Source of the DNA: Candidatus Latescibacterota bacterium
GTDB lineage: Bacteria; Latescibacterota; UBA2968
Length of the DNA: 64,000 nucleotides
NCBI GenBank assembly: GCA_965207885.1
Contig: OZ242311.1
Location: 4,896,001 to 4,960,000 of the forward strand
Direction of reading: 5' to 3'
The position numbers and the translations under genes are program-made. The stretch's first letter is position 1. Every line of letters begins with the position of its first letter. The notes under the pieces were generated by a model. That model did no database searches and was not told where the DNA came from. It was given only the letters and a program-made list of their open reading frames with translations. Of this stretch, positions 47,800-58,646 are shown piece after piece.

Positions 47800-48801
47800 A
47801 TGAATCGTCAGATTACGCTTGCTGCACGTCCTGAAGGGTTTCCCGTGCCGGAGGATTTTAAGCTTGTTGAAACGCCTATTCCAGAACCGGGGGAAGGCGA
47901 GGTGTTGTCGAGAACGCTGTTTATGTCGGTTGATCCCTATATGCGCGGGCGGATGAATGATCGGGCATCGTATGCGGCAAATGTGCAAATTGGCGATGTG
48001 ATGGTGGGCGGCACGGTGGGGGAGGTGATCGCGTCGAATGATCCCAATTTTGAGGTTGGCGATATTGTCCAGGCGCAAATCGGGTGGCAGGCTTATGGCG
48101 TGTCTAAGGGATCGAATTTGCGCAAGGTCAATCCAGATCTTGCACCTGTATCAACGGCTTTAGGAGTGTTGGGGATGCCCGGGCTTACGGCGTATTTTGG
48201 ATTGCTGGAAGTTGGGCAGCCCAAAGAAGGCGAGACTGTACTGGTGACGGGTGCTGCGGGTGCTGTGGGATCAATTGTGGGGCAGATTGCCAAAATCGTG
48301 GGTTGTGGCGTTGTGGGTGTGGCGGGGTCGGATCAAAAGATCGCCCATGTGGTTGACGAGTTGGGTTTTGACGCCGCTTTCAATTACAAGGCGGTCGATG
48401 ATTACAGTGCCGAATTGCAACGCCAGTGTCCCGATGGCATTGACGTATTTTTTGACAATGTGGGTGGCGCAGTTTCCGATGCGGCCTTTCCCCTGATGAA
48501 TGTGCGTGGTCGTATTTCTGTTTGCGGGCAAATATCGCAATACAATTTGACCGCTCCAGAACAGGGGCCGCGGATGATGTGGTACTTTATTTCTCAAAGA
48601 TTGACGATGCGCGGTTTTCTGGTTTTTGACTTTGAAGACCAGCACGCCGAGGCCCTCAACCAGATGGCTATTTGGGTCAATGAAGGGCGGATTAAATATC
48701 GGGAAGATATCTGGGAGGGGTTGGAGAATGCCCCCGAGGCATTTATCGATATGATGCGGGGTGGGAATACTGGCAAGCGCGTAGTAAAGGTGGCGGAGTA
48801 A
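47800..48801 (+). CDS. NADP-dependent oxidoreductase, CurA/YncB (LTB4DH-like)
   Basis: SVDPYMRGRM, LGMPGLTAYFGL, AAGAVGS, FDNVGG, CGQISQYN, GLENAP. Confidence 0.93.
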   Translation: MNRQITLAARPEGFPVPEDFKLVETPIPEPGEGEVLSRTLFMSVDPYMRGRMNDRASYAANVQIGDVMVGGTVGEVIASNDPNFEVGDIVQAQIGWQAYGVSKGSNLRKVNPDLAPVSTALGVLGMPGLTAYFGLLEVGQPKEGETVLVTGAAGAVGSIVGQIAKIVGCGVVGVAGSDQKIAHVVDELGFDAAFNYKAVDDYSAELQRQCPDGIDVFFDNVGGAVSDAAFPLMNVRGRISVCGQISQYNLTAPEQGPRMMWYFISQRLTMRGFLVFDFEDQHAEALNQMAIWVNEGRIKYREDIWEGLENAPEAFIDMMRGGNTGKRVVKVAE

Positions 48802-48802
48802 G

Positions 48803-49567
48803 ATGGGTATGACAGATTATCAGATTGAACATTTTCATCGCAATGGATTCTTTTTTGTTCCAAATCCGCTGGACGATGATGCTATGTTTGAGATTGACCG
48901 GCACCAGCGAGCGGTTGAACCGGGGTGGTCAAAGGCCGAGTGGGCAGAGGGTTTTAACCGGGGGGCTTGTCAGTTTTTTATGGTGGGCGAGCCGTTGTTG
49001 CAGGCGGTGGAGTGCCCGGAATTTTTGGGTATGGCACGGCGCATTTTGGGGTGTGAAGATGTGCATGTGGGCGCGTGTGGGTTGGGCGATGCGTCGAAAA
49101 TTGTTTCGGCGGATGGGCGTTTGCTGCAGCAGGTTCACTGGCACGCGGATGGGGGACCAGATGTTCGGCAGGTGTCGATGCGTACGGCATTGGATCGGCA
49201 CGATCCATCTAATGCGCCGTTGCGCGTATTGCCCGGTACACATGTTAGACCCCTGGAGGAAGTCATCGAAGAATTGCGACAAATCGAACTTGCGACCGGG
49301 CAGCACGATGAGATGCCCGAGTTGTTATTTGCCTCACATCCCCGCGAGGTAGAAGTGATTCTGGATCCGCGATGGACGCTGGTGTGGACGCCGAGTTGTT
49401 GGCATGCGACGGGTGTGAAGACGGCGGCTGGTCCAAGGCGTGCGATGGCGTGGAATTATTTCCCGAGCGGGGGGCGCAAGCGCGATATGGAGGCGCTGAA
49501 GTACGTGATTGAAGGCTGGGAGGATTGGTCCGATGATCGGAAGCAGTTATGGGGGCTTGTGGCGTGA
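48803..49567 (+). CDS. PhyH family Fe(II)/2OG dioxygenase
   Basis: F.RNGF, HWHAD, LRVLPGTH, WHATG, PRR. Confidence 0.75.
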   Translation: MGMTDYQIEHFHRNGFFFVPNPLDDDAMFEIDRHQRAVEPGWSKAEWAEGFNRGACQFFMVGEPLLQAVECPEFLGMARRILGCEDVHVGACGLGDASKIVSADGRLLQQVHWHADGGPDVRQVSMRTALDRHDPSNAPLRVLPGTHVRPLEEVIEELRQIELATGQHDEMPELLFASHPREVEVILDPRWTLVWTPSCWHATGVKTAAGPRRAMAWNYFPSGGRKRDMEALKYVIEGWEDWSDDRKQLWGLVA

Positions 49568-49602
49568 AGGCTATGCGGGTAGATGCAGACGAGAGGCTGT
49601 CT

Positions 49603-49641
49603 GGGAGCGGCGCACAGGTTTGGTGCCGCTCTTATTTTTTT
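49603..49641 (+). terminator. Intrinsic terminator
   Basis: GGGAGCGGCGC...GTGCCGCTCTT-ATTTTTTT. Confidence 0.65.
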
Positions 49642-50777
49642 ACTGCAATTACCAGTGCGCCGATGGCATATATTCCACCGCCAATGAGAAAAATCCAGTC
49701 CGATGGCAAATGTACCTGCTGTGTCATCCATCCGAGCATAGGGCCTGTTGCGGAGCCGAGATCAGATGCTGTTACGTATCCCGCAACAGAACGCGAACCG
49801 CGCATTCCCGCCTCGGCGTGCATGACTACTGTTGCGCCAACACCGCACAGGAAGAACACGACCACGCACAAGATCAACAATCCCGTATTGGATGTGATTG
49901 ATGCCGAGAGCAGAGCTAATGTCCCGGTGCCAAAATAAATGGCTGCACTCCACCGCCGTCCCAACCGATCGCTGATATGGCCCAGAAAAGGACCACCGAG
50001 CGCGTCGGCAATCCACCGTGAAGATAGCAACAGACCGTTTAATGTGGCTACGCCAATGGCCATACCCAACAGGTTCAGAGATGTGCCCACGGTTTCGACG
50101 AGGACCACCCCCAGGGTGGACATTAAAATGCCCGGTCCAACGCACCCGATCACAAATCCGCAAATCATTAATTTGGGTACCCAGCCCGAGTCCTCGACGC
50201 CTTCTTTATTTATATTTTTTTCGAAAACAGCGCGTCGCGCGATCCATCCCAGGGGTGTTCCTATCAACGAGATGATGGCGAATAAAAAGAGTGTGAGTGT
50301 AAATCCAATGATGTCGTGAGCCAGCCCGCCTAAAAAATTGCCTCCCACCGACCCGAGGCGCGATACGCCGTTGTAAAATCCCATTTTCTGACCGATCATA
50401 GATGGCGGTGTGGTATCTACTACGGTCATCAAACCAATCTGGCGTATAAATGACCAGGATAATCCCCATAGCATGCGCGCGATAAGCAAGATGGGGAAGG
50501 AGGTGACAACGCCGTAAACCGCTGTCAATACGGCTCCGAGAATCAGGGAGCCTGTCATCAAAGCCGTCAGATTATAGCGCTGGCACAATTTTTCGGCCAG
50601 GGTGTTCGTTATCAGGCGCACCCAGCGATTTACCGAGAGAATGAGGCCAACCTGATAAGGCATCAACCCAATTTCGGCATAATGCGTTGGCAACACGGAG
50701 TACAGCATCTGGTCGCCCAGCAGTGAAAATGCCGTAGCCAGTGCAATGAATACAACAGCCTGTGACGATTGCATCAT
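49632..50777 (-). CDS. MFS transporter
   Basis: About 12 TM; LGDQMLYSVLP, SDRLGRR, DLGSATGP. Confidence 0.88.
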   Translation of the reverse strand: MMQSSQAVVFIALATAFSLLGDQMLYSVLPTHYAEIGLMPYQVGLILSVNRWVRLITNTLAEKLCQRYNLTALMTGSLILGAVLTAVYGVVTSFPILLIARMLWGLSWSFIRQIGLMTVVDTTPPSMIGQKMGFYNGVSRLGSVGGNFLGGLAHDIIGFTLTLFLFAIISLIGTPLGWIARRAVFEKNINKEGVEDSGWVPKLMICGFVIGCVGPGILMSTLGVVLVETVGTSLNLLGMAIGVATLNGLLLSSRWIADALGGPFLGHISDRLGRRWSAAIYFGTGTLALLSASITSNTGLLILCVVVFFLCGVGATVVMHAEAGMRGSRSVAGYVTASDLGSATGPMLGWMTQQVHLPSDWIFLIGGGIYAIGALVIAVKK

Positions 50778-51499
50778 GGATGATGTTCGACATTTTCTCC
50801 GCGATGCTCGCCGTCGATAAATGCCTGCGTAAATGCCGTTACCTGTGTTATTGCATCTTCCACGAGTGCTGCACCGGCTTCTGCGGTGGCTTCCAGAGGT
50901 TCCTTATCTACTTGATCCTGCATTGCATCGTGGCGCACGTTTTCGGGCCACAGTGCCAGCGCGAATGCCGTTTCAAATTCCTGTGCGTGTCCCGGATAGC
51001 GTTTTGTTTTTAAATTTTGCTCGGCCACATCTTTTGACATGAGATCCCAGTAAGAAGTCCATTGCAGATTTACGTCGGGGCGGTCGATCTTGAAAAACAA
51101 CCGCCATTGACCAAATATGCCCCGCAAGGGAGCTACATTGCCGCCGTGACCATTTAGCACAATGACATTTTTTACGCCATGGCGCACCAGGCTTTCGACT
51201 GCATCGAATAACACGGCCAACCACGACCCGGGTTTGGCTGTCACGGTTCCTTTGTGTACCATGTGGTGTTCGGAGATGCCCACGGCCATCGGTACATTGA
51301 CAATTACCTGGGGATACAATCGTTTGGCGGCCTCCACCGCGACATGGGCTGACGAAGCGGTATCGTGCTCCATTGCCAGGTGCTCTAAATGCTGCTCGTT
51401 GCTTCCTACCGGAATAATCGCCGTTTGAAATTCCCCGCGTTCCAGTGCTTCCCGAAATTCGCGTCGCGTCAATTTTGCCAGCAGAACTTGCTCGCTCAT
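50774..51499 (-). CDS. Creatininase family amidohydrolase
   Basis: PVGSNEQH..HL, GISEHH, NGHGGN, GHA.EFET. Confidence 0.9.
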   Translation of the reverse strand: MSEQVLLAKLTRREFREALERGEFQTAIIPVGSNEQHLEHLAMEHDTASSAHVAVEAAKRLYPQVIVNVPMAVGISEHHMVHKGTVTAKPGSWLAVLFDAVESLVRHGVKNVIVLNGHGGNVAPLRGIFGQWRLFFKIDRPDVNLQWTSYWDLMSKDVAEQNLKTKRYPGHAQEFETAFALALWPENVRHDAMQDQVDKEPLEATAEAGAALVEDAITQVTAFTQAFIDGEHRGENVEHHP

Positions 51500-51519
51500 C
51501 GCGTTTCTCCTTATGTTAA

Positions 51520-52227
51520 TTAATCTTGTGAATAATACTCCGCGGTCTGGTTAGATGATGCCTCTGTGCCATTACGTCTCTGAATTAATCCCCTCATCGC
51601 CCTGTACATGAAATAAATCGAAATAGCAGCCCAAACAAATGCAATTGGATATGCCAATATCTCTATGCCGAAATACCGCGCCAATATTCCCGCATCGGTG
51701 CGTTCTGTCTGCATCCACAAATCCGTGCGAAAATCGTACAAACTGTACAAACACAAGACAATACCAACCCACGTTGCCAACACATGGGATAAGCGACCAA
51801 ATCGAATCGTTACGACAATCAGTACGAGACCGCAGGTTGCGCCAAACCAGAAATCGAGTGCCCCAAATGGTGTGTACAGTGCAGCCATTCCAATTTGCAG
51901 AACACCGATCAATCCGAGCAATATTCTTTGCGTGCCCAGCCATCGACCCGTGTAAATCAGCAATGCACCGAGAATGGCCGATCCCACATAACCCGCTGAA
52001 CTGATGAGTGGAAATATTCCCCCTCGGCTGATCACATGCCCCGATTCATTCCACCGTACGCGCAGTTCCTCTACTTCACCACCTGTTGCAATCGCCATAC
52101 TCGCATGACCCATTTCGTGTATCCAGACCACAAATACGCGAAATGGTTTTACGAATGGCGTGTCCCACAATACCAGAGCGATAACTGCCAATAGCAGATG
52201 CAGCCAGAATGTTCTTATTATGATCAT
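51520..52227 (-). CDS. M50B-like membrane metallopeptidase
   Basis: HEMGH, AGYVG, TDA; multiple TM helices. Confidence 0.85.
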   Translation of the reverse strand: MIIIRTFWLHLLLAVIALVLWDTPFVKPFRVFVVWIHEMGHASMAIATGGEVEELRVRWNESGHVISRGGIFPLISSAGYVGSAILGALLIYTGRWLGTQRILLGLIGVLQIGMAALYTPFGALDFWFGATCGLVLIVVTIRFGRLSHVLATWVGIVLCLYSLYDFRTDLWMQTERTDAGILARYFGIEILAYPIAFVWAAISIYFMYRAMRGLIQRRNGTEASSNQTAEYYSQD

Positions 52228-52240
52228 TGCCAATACAAAC

Positions 52241-53215
52241 CTATCGTCCGGATTCCAGATTTACGGAAACGGCGTCCAATTTATCTCGCAATGCGGCATC
52301 CAGAATCCATCCCACGCCCCCGATATTGTCCTCTAAATGCGCGATGGTGTCGCCACCTGTAATTGCCACGGTCACTTCGGGATGCGACAGGACCCAGGAT
52401 AGGGCGACTTGTCCCGGTGTTTTGTCCAGTTCATCTGCGATATCAAATAGGGTTGTTAGCACTTTTCCCTCTGCGCCCGCCATCATGGTTTCGTATTGGT
52501 CCATTCGGCGTTTTTCCCATAGTGAACCTTCTGGAGGTCGTGCGTCGGGTTTGTAAAATCCGCTCAATAGTCCCACGGCTAATGGACTGTAAACCATTAC
52601 TCCCAGGCCCTCGCTTCGCACAAAGGGGAAAATTTCTCGCTCCAATGCGCGATGTAGCAGATTGTATGGATTTTGCATGCACATATAAGGCGCCAGATTC
52701 AATGTGTGTTGAATCCAGAGGGCTTTGCACGCTTGCCATGCCGAATGGTTGCAACACCCGATATAGCGCACTTTGCCCTGATGTACCAGGTCGTCCAATG
52801 CGCGTGCGGTTTCTTCAATCGGTGTCGATTCATCGAAGTTATGCACGAGATACACGTCGATGTGATCAGTGTCCAACCGGTTCAGCGAGCGCTCTACTTC
52901 CCGCATGATGTGATAGCGGGATAGACCCTGATCATTTGGTCCTATGCCGATGCGGCTAAATACTTTGGAGGTGATTACCACATCGTCTCGTTTGCCCTTC
53001 AAGGCTTTGCCCAACACGACTTCCGAACGCCCGATATGCGTGCGATCATCACCGGGACCATAGGTATTGGCGCAGTCGATCAAATTTATGCCCAGGTCTA
53101 TCGCCTGCTCAATAACCCTTTGCCCTTCTGCCTCATCTGCCTGTCCGCGAAATCCCAGACCCAGTGCCAGCCGACTTACTTTCACACCTGCTGAACCAAA
53201 ATTGACATATTCCAT
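52241..53215 (-). CDS. Aldo/keto reductase
   Basis: IDCANTYG, ITSK, DHIDVYLVH, GKVRYIG, YSPLA. Confidence 0.92.
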   Translation of the reverse strand: MEYVNFGSAGVKVSRLALGLGFRGQADEAEGQRVIEQAIDLGINLIDCANTYGPGDDRTHIGRSEVVLGKALKGKRDDVVITSKVFSRIGIGPNDQGLSRYHIMREVERSLNRLDTDHIDVYLVHNFDESTPIEETARALDDLVHQGKVRYIGCCNHSAWQACKALWIQHTLNLAPYMCMQNPYNLLHRALEREIFPFVRSEGLGVMVYSPLAVGLLSGFYKPDARPPEGSLWEKRRMDQYETMMAGAEGKVLTTLFDIADELDKTPGQVALSWVLSHPEVTVAITGGDTIAHLEDNIGGVGWILDAALRDKLDAVSVNLESGR

Positions 53216-53237
53216 AATATGTGCTCCCATTAATTAT

Positions 53238-54515
53238 TCATATTTTCGCCAATAAAATTGGGGCGAGTTTATCTCTTGTTTTGTCTGCCCAGGCTTGCAG
53301 GTGGGTTTTTAAATTTGCAACGGTTTCAGAGCTTGCCATTTCTTGCCAGCGATTTTGACGTTCACCCGAGTCGCTGGGCAAGTGATACAGTTCGGGTTTT
53401 CGCACGGTTGACAAAATCAGTTTCCAATCGCCTGATACCACACACCGCTCTTCTCCTTTATCGAGTTCGGGCTGATTGGGACCTTCGCCTTTTTTATCGA
53501 TAAATGGCGTATTTACTATGACAAGCGCCTCGCGTCCTGTTTTGCCACCCTGTCGGATTGAATCGCTGAGGTCTATACCATCGAGGCCCTCGGAGACTAC
53601 ATATCCCAGGAGGCCGAGAATCGTCGGTATCAAATCGACCGAACTGATGAGGGATTCGTCGATTTCGCCGCTGGAAATCGCTGAAGGAAATCGCATGAGC
53701 AGGGGGATGCGCGCGACGGTATCATAACAGAGGCGTTTGCTGTGGTCATTCCACCGGTGGTCAAAGAGGTGACCGTGTTCGGAGGTAAAGACGACGAGGG
53801 TATTTTCTGCTATTCCTTTGTCATCGAGTGTTTTCAACAGGTCGCCAACTGCATCGTCAATCGCTGTACACATCGCGTAGTATTTGCGCCGTTTTTCGTC
53901 CTCGGGGTAGAGTTTTTGATAAAGTGCTTCGTATTTTTCGGGGACAGAATAAGGCGGATGCGGGGGATAATAGGATACATAAGCACAGAATGGACGCGCG
54001 TCATCTTTGCGAATAAAATCAATGGCGTCTTGTGCCAGCACATCCGTTTGATACACTTTTTTCTCGCCAATGGTGTAATAATGCCCTTGTCCCCGGCCAT
54101 CGCGGGGATATGTGGGCATTGTCTCCCAGGCGTCTCTCGATGGATCTCCCAGATGCCATTTGCCAAAGTAGGCACACCGATATCCCACAGCTTTGAGGAA
54201 ATCGGGAAAAAGCGGTATTTCTGGATCTATATCCCATGTGTTTTCGAGCACGCCGTGATTGTGCGGATAAAGGCCCGAGAAAATTGTGCCGCGATTTGGC
54301 GCGCAGACGGGTTGTGCGGCATAAGCTCTGTCAAATCGCATTCCGTCCGATGCCAACCGATCCAGATTGGGTGTTATAATGCCCTTTTTGCCATAACATC
54401 CCACGCCATCCCGGCGCTGTTGGTCCGTTAAGATGAATAGCAGATTGGGAGGCTCTGCGGTAGCCGCGCTGCCAACTGATCCTGAGAAATTTCTGCGTGA
54501 TACATTTTGTGCCAT
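53238..54515 (-). CDS. Cys-type sulfatase
   Basis: PNLLFILTDQ, CAPNR, GKWHLG, PPHPPY, SEHG; GGAG before ATG 54515. Confidence 0.88.
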   Translation of the reverse strand: MAQNVSRRNFSGSVGSAATAEPPNLLFILTDQQRRDGVGCYGKKGIITPNLDRLASDGMRFDRAYAAQPVCAPNRGTIFSGLYPHNHGVLENTWDIDPEIPLFPDFLKAVGYRCAYFGKWHLGDPSRDAWETMPTYPRDGRGQGHYYTIGEKKVYQTDVLAQDAIDFIRKDDARPFCAYVSYYPPHPPYSVPEKYEALYQKLYPEDEKRRKYYAMCTAIDDAVGDLLKTLDDKGIAENTLVVFTSEHGHLFDHRWNDHSKRLCYDTVARIPLLMRFPSAISSGEIDESLISSVDLIPTILGLLGYVVSEGLDGIDLSDSIRQGGKTGREALVIVNTPFIDKKGEGPNQPELDKGEERCVVSGDWKLILSTVRKPELYHLPSDSGERQNRWQEMASSETVANLKTHLQAWADKTRDKLAPILLAKI

Positions 54516-54516
54516 A

Positions 54517-55530
54517 TCAACTCCCATTACATTTCACCAATCGCTTACCAATATTATCACCTCGCAGCATGCCGATGAATGCCTGTGGCGCGTTTTCCAA
54601 TCCCTCGACTATATCTTCCCTGTAATTGAGCCGGCCTTCCTTTAGCCAGACCGACATCTGCTGTAATCCCTCGGCGTGTTGATCTGCGAAATCGCCCACC
54701 AGGAATCCCTGCATGTGCAACCGCTTGCCAATAAAGCCGCCCATCATCCGGGGTCCCATTTCCGGTTCGATGAGGTTGTATTGTGAAATTTGTCCACACA
54801 CCGAAATTCGGCCCCACATGTTCATGAGGGAAAAAACCGCATCGGTAATGCTTCCGCCCACGTTGTCGAAGTACACATCGACGCCATTGGGACATAAGCG
54901 TTGCAATTCGGCGCGGTAATCCGCTGTGGTTTTGTAATTGAATGCGCCATCAAAACCCAGACCGTCAATGGCATAGCCCACTTTTTCATCGCTGCCAGCT
55001 ATGCCAATGGCGCGGCATCCTTTGATTTTTGCAATTTGCCCGACCAGCGATCCCACAGCACCGGCGGCTGCCGAAACCACGACGGTCTCGCCAGCTTTGG
55101 GTTTGCCGACTTCCAGTAAGCCAAAATAGGCTGTCAATCCCGGCATGCCGAGAATGCCGAGTGCGGTTGAAATGGGTCCCAGTGAAGGATCTATTTTTCG
55201 GAGGCCCTGTGCTGAAGAGACCGCGTAAGCCTGCCATCCGTGATCTGCCCAGACAATATCTCCGGGCTGAAACTCAGAATGGTTGGATGCGATTACTTCG
55301 CTTACACTCCGCCCAATCATAACCGCACCAATTTCTACATTTGGCGCGTAGGATTTCCGGTCATTGATGCGCCCGCGCATGTAGGGGTCAACGGAGAGGT
55401 ACTGCGTTTTCAAGAGCAGTTCCCCTTCGCCGGGTTCGGGAATGGGCGATTCTCCAATTGAGAAATCGGATGTTTTGGGATATCCGACTGGACGCGCTGC
55501 CAATCGAATTTGAATATTTTTCTCTACCAT
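54517..55530 (-). CDS. NADP-dependent oxidoreductase, CurA/YncB (second paralogue)
   Basis: Same motifs as 47800-48801: SVDPYMRGR, LGMPGLTAYFGL, FDNVGG, GLENAP. Confidence 0.93.
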   Translation of the reverse strand: MVEKNIQIRLAARPVGYPKTSDFSIGESPIPEPGEGELLLKTQYLSVDPYMRGRINDRKSYAPNVEIGAVMIGRSVSEVIASNHSEFQPGDIVWADHGWQAYAVSSAQGLRKIDPSLGPISTALGILGMPGLTAYFGLLEVGKPKAGETVVVSAAAGAVGSLVGQIAKIKGCRAIGIAGSDEKVGYAIDGLGFDGAFNYKTTADYRAELQRLCPNGVDVYFDNVGGSITDAVFSLMNMWGRISVCGQISQYNLIEPEMGPRMMGGFIGKRLHMQGFLVGDFADQHAEGLQQMSVWLKEGRLNYREDIVEGLENAPQAFIGMLRGDNIGKRLVKCNGS

Positions 55531-55568
55531 AGAAATAGTGCTCCTGATTTTTCGGTGGTTTGGATATT

Positions 55569-56597
55569 TTATTCTGCATAAACCGCTTCTCGTATGCCCT
55601 TCAAATATCCGACGGCAAATAGCCGCGCGATGCCTTGTTCGTCGCCAAATTGATCATCTCCCATTTTGGGATAGTGGTCTGGGCGGCACACGCCGTCAAA
55701 TCCGATGTCTCGATACGCGCGCAAACATTCGACGAGGTCTGTTTTGCCATCGTCGTGAAATGTTTCTTCAAATTTATCGGGTTGACCAACGACATCGCGG
55801 ATGTGTAAGAAATGGATTTTTTTCTGTTCGCCAAAGTGCCGGATGACCGAGGGCAAATCGTCTGTCATCAGTGTAAAATTGCCCTGGCAAAGCCCAATGC
55901 CATTCATCGGACTCGGTACGAGGTCAACGAGTTTTTGGTAGTTTTCTACGTTGCTCATAATGCGCGCAATGCCGCGGATGGGCGATAGCGGTGGATCGTC
56001 GGGATGCAGGGCCAGTTTGACATTGGCTTCTTCGGCTACGGGTACAATGCGCTCGAGAAAATACTTCAGGTTGGCCCACTGTTGTTCCTCTGTCACGGTT
56101 TCCGCAGAGATCTCTTGCTGGGCTATTGGTACGCCGTCAATATTGTGTATGGGACGCTCGGCGGGATCGCCTTGCGATTCCAGGGCATTGAGATCAAATC
56201 CACTTACATGCGCGCCGCCTCGAGATGAAATGGATCGGGATGTGCGCATGACCCCCAGAATGGGCATCCACGCATAACACCACACAGGGATTTCGAGCTT
56301 GCCCATGTTCCGAAGCAGTTCACAGACCACCTCAATTTCTTCGTCTCGTCCGGGCAATCCCAGTTTGATCTTTTCCATGGGGGGGCGCGATTCGATGACT
56401 TCAAGAGGTATTCCGGCCGCTTCGTAAGCGGCTTTTGCTTTTGCCAGCGATGTGTGACTCCATGGCTGTTCTTCTGGATCTGCGTCCGGTTTTGGGCGCA
56501 GTGTTATGCCTCCAACCGCGCCTTCGACTCCGCATTGTTTCATGAGTGTCCACCTCTGACTGGCTTGTGGCGGTGCCAGGATAGCAATTCTCAGCAT
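55569..56597 (-). CDS. uxuA: Mannonate dehydratase family protein
   Basis: [35 protein letters not shown]. Confidence 0.85.
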   Translation of the reverse strand: MLRIAILAPPQASQRWTLMKQCGVEGAVGGITLRPKPDADPEEQPWSHTSLAKAKAAYEAAGIPLEVIESRPPMEKIKLGLPGRDEEIEVVCELLRNMGKLEIPVWCYAWMPILGVMRTSRSISSRGGAHVSGFDLNALESQGDPAERPIHNIDGVPIAQQEISAETVTEEQQWANLKYFLERIVPVAEEANVKLALHPDDPPLSPIRGIARIMSNVENYQKLVDLVPSPMNGIGLCQGNFTLMTDDLPSVIRHFGEQKKIHFLHIRDVVGQPDKFEETFHDDGKTDLVECLRAYRDIGFDGVCRPDHYPKMGDDQFGDEQGIARLFAVGYLKGIREAVYAE

Positions 56598-56786
56598 GAC
56601 TATTTCCTTTCGCTGTTGGTGTTTTTGCCATTTTTACGCTGCCCAATATATGCAGACCGGATGCGACATGCTATAAAAAATCCATCGCCAGAAGCGCGCT
56701 CTAAATGGCTTTTGAGAAGCTGTGCTCTTGCATATATTGACAATGATAAAAGGCGATCACTAATCGGCATACAAGGAGGCTCTGCT

Positions 56787-57920
56787 ATGACCTATAAACT
56801 GCTGGCGCAGTTGTATCCCGCTTGGAAAATTCTCGCTGTCATCCTGCTGTTCATATCACCTCTTTTTGCTCAGGAGCAAGCTGAAAACCGCTTCCAGAGC
56901 GCGGCGGAGCGTTTTTTTGCGCGCAATGACAAAAATAAAGACGGCAAATTGTCACGAGAGGAATTTCCCGAACGACAACGCCGTCTGTTTGAGCGAATTG
57001 ACACAGATAAAGATGGCTTTGTCACACTCGAAGAAGATATTTTTTATCGCAACAACCGACGGAGGAATACCGTGAATATTCCAGAAGGTGTAACTGTCCA
57101 CCGAGATCTGATCTACGGACGGGTTGGGGAAAGGGAACTCCCCCTCGATCTCTATCTTCCTCCCGATACATCATCTCCTGTGCCCGTGGTGATATGGGTT
57201 CACGGGGGTGGTTGGCGTGGGGGATCTAAAGGCAATGGCGGGCGGGCGCTCAATATGACCAGGCGCAGATTTGCCGTTGTTGATGTGGAATATCGACTTA
57301 GCGGCGAAGCCCTCTTTCCTGCGCAAATAGAAGATTGCAAAACAGCCGTGCGATGGGTGAGGGCAAATGCAAAGAAATACAATCTCGACCCCGACCGTAT
57401 CGGCGCGTGGGGATCGTCTGCTGGGGGGCATCTCGTGGCGATGATGGGTTTAACGCATGATGAAAATGTATTTGAGACGGATGATCACAGCCAATATTCG
57501 AGTCAGGTGCAGGCGATATGCAACTGGTTTGGTCCTACAGATTTTTTGCGTATGAATGATTTTGAAGGTCGAATTGATCACGACGCAGCCGATTCTCCCG
57601 AGTCCAGACTAATTGGTGGTCTCATTCAGGAAAATAAGGAGAAAGTCGCCGCGGCCAATCCCATTACTTATGTCAGCAAAAACGATCCGCCCATGTTCAT
57701 CATGCACGGGGAGAAAGATCTGTCGGTTCCGTATAACCAGAGTGAGTTGCTCTATGCTGCGATGCAAAAAGCGGGTTTGGATGTCACGCTCTACAAGGTT
57801 GTCAATGCCGATCACGGCTTTCGCAATGCCACGCAAGATAGCGCGGCATCGCTCTTTGAAATGTCCGCTCAATTTTTAGAAAAGCATCTCAAACCCCAAA
57901 CGGATGCCGCATCGCCATAA
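56787..57920 (+). CDS. Secreted alpha/beta hydrolase (BD-FAE-like) with an N-terminal EF-hand pair
   Basis: Signal peptide ..LFA-Q; [12 protein letters not shown] and [12 protein letters not shown]; [30 protein letters not shown]. Confidence 0.88.
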   Translation: MTYKLLAQLYPAWKILAVILLFISPLFAQEQAENRFQSAAERFFARNDKNKDGKLSREEFPERQRRLFERIDTDKDGFVTLEEDIFYRNNRRRNTVNIPEGVTVHRDLIYGRVGERELPLDLYLPPDTSSPVPVVIWVHGGGWRGGSKGNGGRALNMTRRRFAVVDVEYRLSGEALFPAQIEDCKTAVRWVRANAKKYNLDPDRIGAWGSSAGGHLVAMMGLTHDENVFETDDHSQYSSQVQAICNWFGPTDFLRMNDFEGRIDHDAADSPESRLIGGLIQENKEKVAAANPITYVSKNDPPMFIMHGEKDLSVPYNQSELLYAAMQKAGLDVTLYKVVNADHGFRNATQDSAASLFEMSAQFLEKHLKPQTDAASP

Positions 57921-57940
57921 AGGGTATAATGTGAATGAAT

Positions 57941-57979
57941 AAGCCCTGGAGAACTCAATCTCCAGGGCTTTTGTTTTTT
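57941..57979 (+). terminator. Intrinsic terminator
   Basis: AAGCCCTGGAGA-ACTCAA-TCTCCAGGGCTT-TTGTTTTTT. Confidence 0.85.
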
Positions 57980-57996
57980 GAAGAGACCGCAGTCAG

Positions 57997-58602
57997 CTAA
58001 CGAAACTCCAAACTCGCCACAATTTGCTCATATTCGGTTAGTGGATAGCCTGCATCCCGGCTACCGTTGCCGATCATGTAATACCCCACCCCATTGTGGA
58101 TGGCTATGGCTACGAGAAATCGGGTGCCGGGATATGCTCGGTTGGAGCGTTCTATTTGAGAATAGCGAAATTGCCACTGAATCGCCTCGCCCACCTTGAG
58201 TTGGATGCGATGTTTTTCGCCGATAACGCGATATTCATCAAATGCTGGTACCAGGAATCGGTCTTCAAAAGCCTGAACGAGTTGATCCAGTGTCATTGTG
58301 TTGAATTCGGCTCGTAGTGCTTGTGGCTCCAGGCGCATTTGTGGACGAAAGTCACTCGTAAGCCCAGGACTGAGAATGCGTACGGTTACGGGCGATAAAC
58401 CATTGATGTCTCTTTGTGATGTAATAGTTGCGACATCGATACCCCACTGTTCGCTGGGACGACTGACTCGAAATCCCCATGAGTTGTTGGTATAAACAAG
58501 CCCGTCTAAACTGGGTTCAGGCTCTGTGGGGATTGGTTTACACCCAGAAGTTGCCAACAGGCTACACAGAGCCAAAGCGCAAAATATTCGGATGTGTATC
58601 AT
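57997..58602 (-). CDS. Lipoprotein, PsbP/Mog1-like fold suspected
   Basis: Lipobox TSG-C; YTN..WGF....P..W and IVASLEF termini; AAGGAG RBS. Confidence 0.7.
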   Translation of the reverse strand: MIHIRIFCALALCSLLATSGCKPIPTEPEPSLDGLVYTNNSWGFRVSRPSEQWGIDVATITSQRDINGLSPVTVRILSPGLTSDFRPQMRLEPQALRAEFNTMTLDQLVQAFEDRFLVPAFDEYRVIGEKHRIQLKVGEAIQWQFRYSQIERSNRAYPGTRFLVAIAIHNGVGYYMIGNGSRDAGYPLTEYEQIVASLEFR

Positions 58603-58646
58603 ATCGATCTCCTTTTCGATCAATCGCGAAAGCAAACAGGTACTGA

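Noticed and set aside
56454-56786. N-terminal extensions given by the ORF track (also 8804-8968, 23011-23178, 40916-41053, 45516-45593, 61563-61631)
   Set aside because: They overlap neighbouring genes or terminators; downstream ATGs, mostly with clear RBSs, fit the family N-termini better.
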